Shown here in pieces: positions 58,995-64,000 of a stretch of DNA of 64,000 bases. Position numbers and translations under genes: made by a program. Every line of letters starts with the position of its first letter. Position 1 is the stretch's first letter. The notes below the pieces were generated by a model. It made no database searches. It was given only the letters and a program-made list of their open reading frames with translations, and was not told the DNA's origin. The DNA is taken from positions 1,674,968-1,738,967 of the forward strand of contig CAJFCJ010000009.1 of assembly GCA_904063045.1 (NCBI GenBank). The letters run 5' to 3'. This stretch comes from Dimorphilus gyrociliatus (Eukaryota; Animalia; Annelida).

Positions 58995-61713
58995 TCAAAG
59001 TGATCCAATATTTGAGTATTTCGTAAAAGAGAAATATTCCTTATCCTTATATAGCACTGGAGCTGCCCTAAATTCGACAGACTTTAATGGCATTCTTCCA
59101 AAGGCGTGAACAAATTGGGTAATACATTCCGATCTTTCTACCATATGAGCTAAATCAGCAGACAACATATCCGAGTTTATACAACTGGCTGTTGAACACT
59201 TGAATTTTTTCCTAGGTCCGACCTATTAATAACGATTAATTAGTAATATAGACTTGAATATTGATAAAAAAATCACTTTTAAAGGTGCTTTCCCAGTGAG
59301 ATTAGCGATAATAAAGTTCATAGCTATATCCTCGCAATTCATATTCTCGTCAATCCATAATTTGAGTTTTTGAGGCAAGTATTTAGTATATGCAAAAGAG
59401 TAGTACTAAATTTGATTTAAACGAATAAAAAATTCAATTAGACGGATGAATAATGGGCGAAAAATAAATATAAGAACCTTGTGATAGAAAGAAGCTCCAG
59501 TAAGAACCATTGATATAGAACTTGTCCATTCGGATTCATATTTCCATGAATCGGTTTTATTATTCCACAAATGTAACCGACTAGGAAATCCTACTAAACG
59601 ATCAGGAAATTCCCGCCAAACCTAATAATAAAACGATAATAAAATTAAATTGTCAACTTGTAAACAAATAGCCAATTAGATATTTACCTGATATGCGAAT
59701 TCCAGTTCATCAATTGTCAGCATTAATATATCATCGTCCAGCGATAAAATAGCTTCGGTTTCAATTTCGGCATAAGGATAGAATCTGTTATGTAGACTGT
59801 TTCTAGGTGTTTGTAAAATTCGAAGAGGAACATTTATATTCGGCCAGTTCGAAGCTAAAAATACAAGTAATAAATTAATTATCTAGAAAATATTATCCAA
59901 AATAACAGTAGCTATATTTAATCAACTTACTAGGTGGCGGTTGTTTCTTTTGATTATTCCAAATGACTAGAACTTTTGATAATGATGGTGCAGCAGATAT
60001 TTTTCGTATTAAATCAAATAATGATGTTATTCTATCATAACTTAATATAACAGCTGTAAATCCATTATGCTTGAGTGGTCTTACAGGTAGGAATAGAGGA
60101 TCTTTAATTGGCACCTGTGTATTAGATTAGTAGTTGTATTGTTAGATGATATAATAAGTATATAAAATATAATATACCTGTAATTCATTCCAATCTTCAT
60201 AAGATTTAACATCGTACGGAAAAACTCTATCATTGATTATTTGAAGTGTTGCTAAGGTTATTTCCCTCATTGACCTATTTAAAGATGAATTATATTTATA
60301 GATTACAAGAACACTTAAGGAGAAAAATCATCGTATTTACTTGAAATATTTATCCCATATAAAAAGAACTTGACTCTGCATTTCTAAGATTCTATCAGAT
60401 CCTATTCTCTCTAATATTTCAACTATTTCAATTAGTCTGGACTCTTCGACACGTATAACGACCCTATTTATTTAAAAGGTTATTCATAACTGTATCCAAG
60501 GTATCTTATATGATAATGAGAAAAATATTTCACCTTTTCCAGTCTATAACATCAACAAAAGGAAGAACATAACTATCCATTGCAATAACAGGTATACAAC
60601 CATGCTGCATGGCTTCTGATAATATTGTTTGACTGAATCTGGATACTCTTAAAACCAAACAGAAAGTGACGCTCTAGTTAAAGGAGAAAAAATACATTTC
60701 AATTAAATATCATACAAATATTTATATAAGATTATTATTTACGGAGAGAATTGCAGGATAATGATACACTCCTCTTAAGTTGCATCTTTCTGTAAAATTA
60801 AAATCCCCTTCGCATCTACTTAAAACTAAAACTCCACGAGATCTCTCAGTAACCCTTTCTAACTGTTCACGATGTGCAGGATCAATACCAATTTGTGATG
60901 ATACTAATAACCAATCCCGTTTGTTGTTTCTATTAAAAAATAGTTAAAATAGATTAAAAGACTAAATGAATTGTTTCTTTATCGTTTACTTGTGAGTATA
61001 GGTATAATGGTGTGTCAACGGGTTAAATAATGGAATAGATATATCAAAATTCATCCTGTAGGTTGAAATGTCTAAACCTGAACCAGCAAGAATAGAATTT
61101 CCTCTATTAATTTCTAATTTTGTTGCATAATTTGGTGTAGAGCCTGGCAGCATATTAAAGAGAAGATGGTTTTCACCATTATTCCATCTGTTTTAAAATG
61201 AATAAACAAACAAATAGGAGAATATAGATGGGCTATTAATTTAATAAACTATTTAACTTACAATGGTAATGCCGATAGACAACGATCGATCATATCCACT
61301 TTAAGGTTATTCTGATTTAATAGATCGATTTGAGGAACAAATACACATGCCTTCTTTGGATCTGAAGTTACAAATGGACTTTCCAATATAGCATCAATTA
61401 TTTGCATGAACTCTTTTGACCGAGGTAGCATGACTGGACTGCCGTTGGCATGGACGAACTCAATGTATGGATAGACGTATACGGATATCTTATTAACATC
61501 GTTATTACCACAATTATATACATTAAAACATGTATGAAATAGACAACTGCTGTTTGTTTGACTGGCTCGACGATGATTATCAGTTACTACATATTGTTTT
61601 GGCTGTCTCCTCGAGATCCAGTTGGAATCATTTTTCATATATATCCGTAGGAAGACGAGTGAAGATATAACAAATATGATGAAGAGTAGTATTCGGAAAA
61701 CAATGTTTCTCAT
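58995..61713 (-). CDS. EXT2: Exostosin-2 heparan sulfate co-polymerase, about 10 exons
   Basis: Type-II membrane anchor, [75 protein letters not shown], and the C-terminus [23 protein letters not shown]. Confidence 0.95.
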
Positions 61714-62213
61714 TTTAATGATTAATCAGTAAATGATTTTACCGATACTCGAACAAGAGTGACAATTTTGTTCCTGATTTCGACGTCATTCATCCAGCAG
61801 TAAAACAAATATGGGAAAGTAAAATTTTACAAGAAAGATGCTTTAGGGCTGACTACAGAGGGCGTGAGTTAAGTCAATCATACAATCTCGTTTCCTAACG
61901 CGAAATAACGTGGGAGTTTATCATTCAAATAGTTCTAACACAATAATACCACGCCATATAATATTATGTTTAATATATGAGTAGTATCTTAATAAAAGCG
62001 AATTCCTTTGATAAATTTAGAGGTTCACATTAGCTTTATATTACGTATATTACATAATTAAAACCTGCTTGACATCACCTATACGATGAATTTTTTCAAA
62101 TTTCAATCATTCCATCGAACTGAACAAAGTATTTACTTTGAGCAAAAAATCACTAGAAAAAGTTTAAAATAAAGTTATTAAACGGTTGAAAAATCAATAA
62201 ATATCAATATAAT

Positions 62214-64000
62214 ATGTCTTCTAGTCAATCTGCCGTCGAACTGAATGAAATAGATAATGAAAAGTTGCCTAAAAGAGCTAAATCTCAATCGAAAACATGT
62301 TTGTTTTTGTTTGTTTGTTTGTTTGTTGTCTTAATTTTAACTTAAGAAAGATAAATGAATATTTTTTATTCAGCTGGTGTTAATAAGAAGAGTTTATCAA
62401 AGTTAAATCAAAAGAAATCGTCGTTAGGCAAGCAACGATCGTCTTCGAGGCAGGCTGTTGTAAGAAATGGTAGAAAGTCTAAAGATAATTTGCGAAAATC
62501 GAGACAAACTAAACAGACTAGTAAAATTTCTCTTAGTTCCGTTTCGCCAAAGATCTCTGGACAGAGTAGAGGTAGATCCGTTGGATGTTGTCCTTGCCTT
62601 GATGGTGATGACTCGGATTACGAAATTAAGAAGACGAGTACCAATACGAAACCTACAAAGGCAAAGGGTCAGCGAAAGGAGTTATCTAAGAAAGATATAA
62701 GGGCTTTAGAAAAAGTTCAAGAGAAAATCATGGCAGCGAAAGAGATTCAAAGAAATGCTAAAGCGCAAAAGGCCGCTGAAGTAGTTGAAAGTACGAAAAC
62801 TATTGAGGCTATCGTGGAGAGGAGGCAGGTTGAAAACAATGAAAAGGCAGAGGACGGAACAGAGGACAACCCACCTGCTGAAACTGATATTACAAACGGT
62901 AATCAGAATGAAGGAAGCGAAGCAAATCCATCGATGACGAGTGGAGATCAATTACCGTTGACTGAGACTGAGGAGACTATCCCCGAACAGCTTAGAAAGG
63001 ATAACAAAAGGCAATTTGAAAGTATCGAAAAGAAACAGGAACTTTCGCAACAAATCGAAAAGAGAAAAACTCTGACCGAGTCTAATGAATTGGAAGAACC
63101 CTTTTCTACAAACGAAGATGTTGTCATCTATCAACAACAAACCAAAAGAAGAAATGATTTGATTCCATTCTTCTTAAGAAAACAACCAAAGAACGAAGGG
63201 AAGATGAACCGTCACATCCTAGATAATTGGTTTAGGGCTGTTGACGATAGCGAAAATATTCCAACTCACACGAATACACTGTATGATGATAAAGATTTGA
63301 GCGGATTGTTAGACGATGTTGATGAATTAACTGTATTATTTAAAGCGATAAATAGCTTATACAAAGATTTATCTTCCAAAGAGCAAAAGCTTCATTTTGA
63401 ACTATCTAACATGAAAGACGTTAGGAAACAGTTACGAGAACTAGAGCAAGTGTCATCTCTAGGTAGAATTATGAGTGACATTTCCAACTTAAAACAGAGT
63501 AGCATGACGATAAAGGATCAACCTTCTAAGATGTCCAAAACGTCGTCTAGGTGGATGAGGCCCAAGTCCGCAATAGAGATTATTCATAATTTCTCCAAGA
63601 AGTGGAAGGATACGTCTCAAAACGATGAACAACTATCAGTTAGAGAGATATCGAAAACTCCTTTAATAGCGACAGAGGCTTCGGAATCTTCCGATCAGGA
63701 TATTGAACCAACAGCCCCTGTGAAGAAGGGTAATCCTTGTTGGGTTATTGCAAGAGATAGTATGAAATCATCAGAGTTTACATCTAAGAGAAACGATATG
63801 AGAGAAGCCTTTCTTAAAACTTTAGAAGAGCATATAGAATATCCAGGACCCACTTTTGGAAAATATCGTATGCCAATTGCAAACTTTAGAATTCCAATTC
63901 CATTACCAAATTCATCTTCTGTCGGTAGTTTTCAACTTCAAGAATTATATAAACAGCATTTTGCATCTCTGGCATCCAATACGGAAACTAGATATTTTCC
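62214..64000 (+). CDS. Orphan charged/coiled-coil protein, runs off the window end
   Basis: Exon 1 MSSSQSAVELNEIDNEKLPKRAKSQSKT, an intron with (TTTG)n, then a frame open from 62374 to 64000 (over 540 codons by my reading) that the ORF track misses because it has no stop in the window. No family recognised. Confidence 0.7.
62298..62328. repeat. (TTTG)n microsatellite in intron 1 of the orphan gene
   Basis: TGTTTGTTTTTGTTTGTTTGTTTGTTTGTTG read directly from the sequence. Confidence 0.8.

Overview
This is a gene-dense, AT-rich animal genomic window with about 24 protein-coding loci in 64 kb. Most introns are 50-90 bp GT-AG, intergenic gaps are often under 350 bp, and I recognised no transposon, rRNA, tRNA or CRISPR array. 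The architecture resembles a miniaturised invertebrate genome such as the annelid Dimorphilus gyrociliatus; this is inference from gene content and intron size, not checked. Genes in order: FAM20-family kinase (3' part), C9orf72, CPLANE2/RSG1, an orphan small single-pass membrane protein, CDK2AP1, MBOAT7, ODAD1/CCDC63-like, STK40, an 11-finger C2H2 protein, GTF3C5, ZFYVE26, EXOSC7, a tetraspanin, KIZ, a truncated ADAM10/17-like protease, striatin, UBA52, a shortened Polycomb-like gene, KIF6, a three-domain galectin, PRPF39, an HMG-box protein, a bacterial-type nitrilase, TM2D2, EXT2 and the start of an orphan gene. The most interesting observations are: (1) a 292-bp PRPF39 intron tiled by two stop-containing cassette exons and three normal-sized mini-introns (candidate poison exons); (2) an intronless branch-1 nitrilase that looks bacterial (candidate horizontal transfer); (3) a Polycomb-like gene with no room for its Tudor and first PHD domains; (4) a triple-CRD galectin with only one canonical sugar-binding site; (5) operon-like same-strand gene junctions. 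Gene identities come from my recall of family motifs, and exon boundaries were read by eye. No database searches were run.
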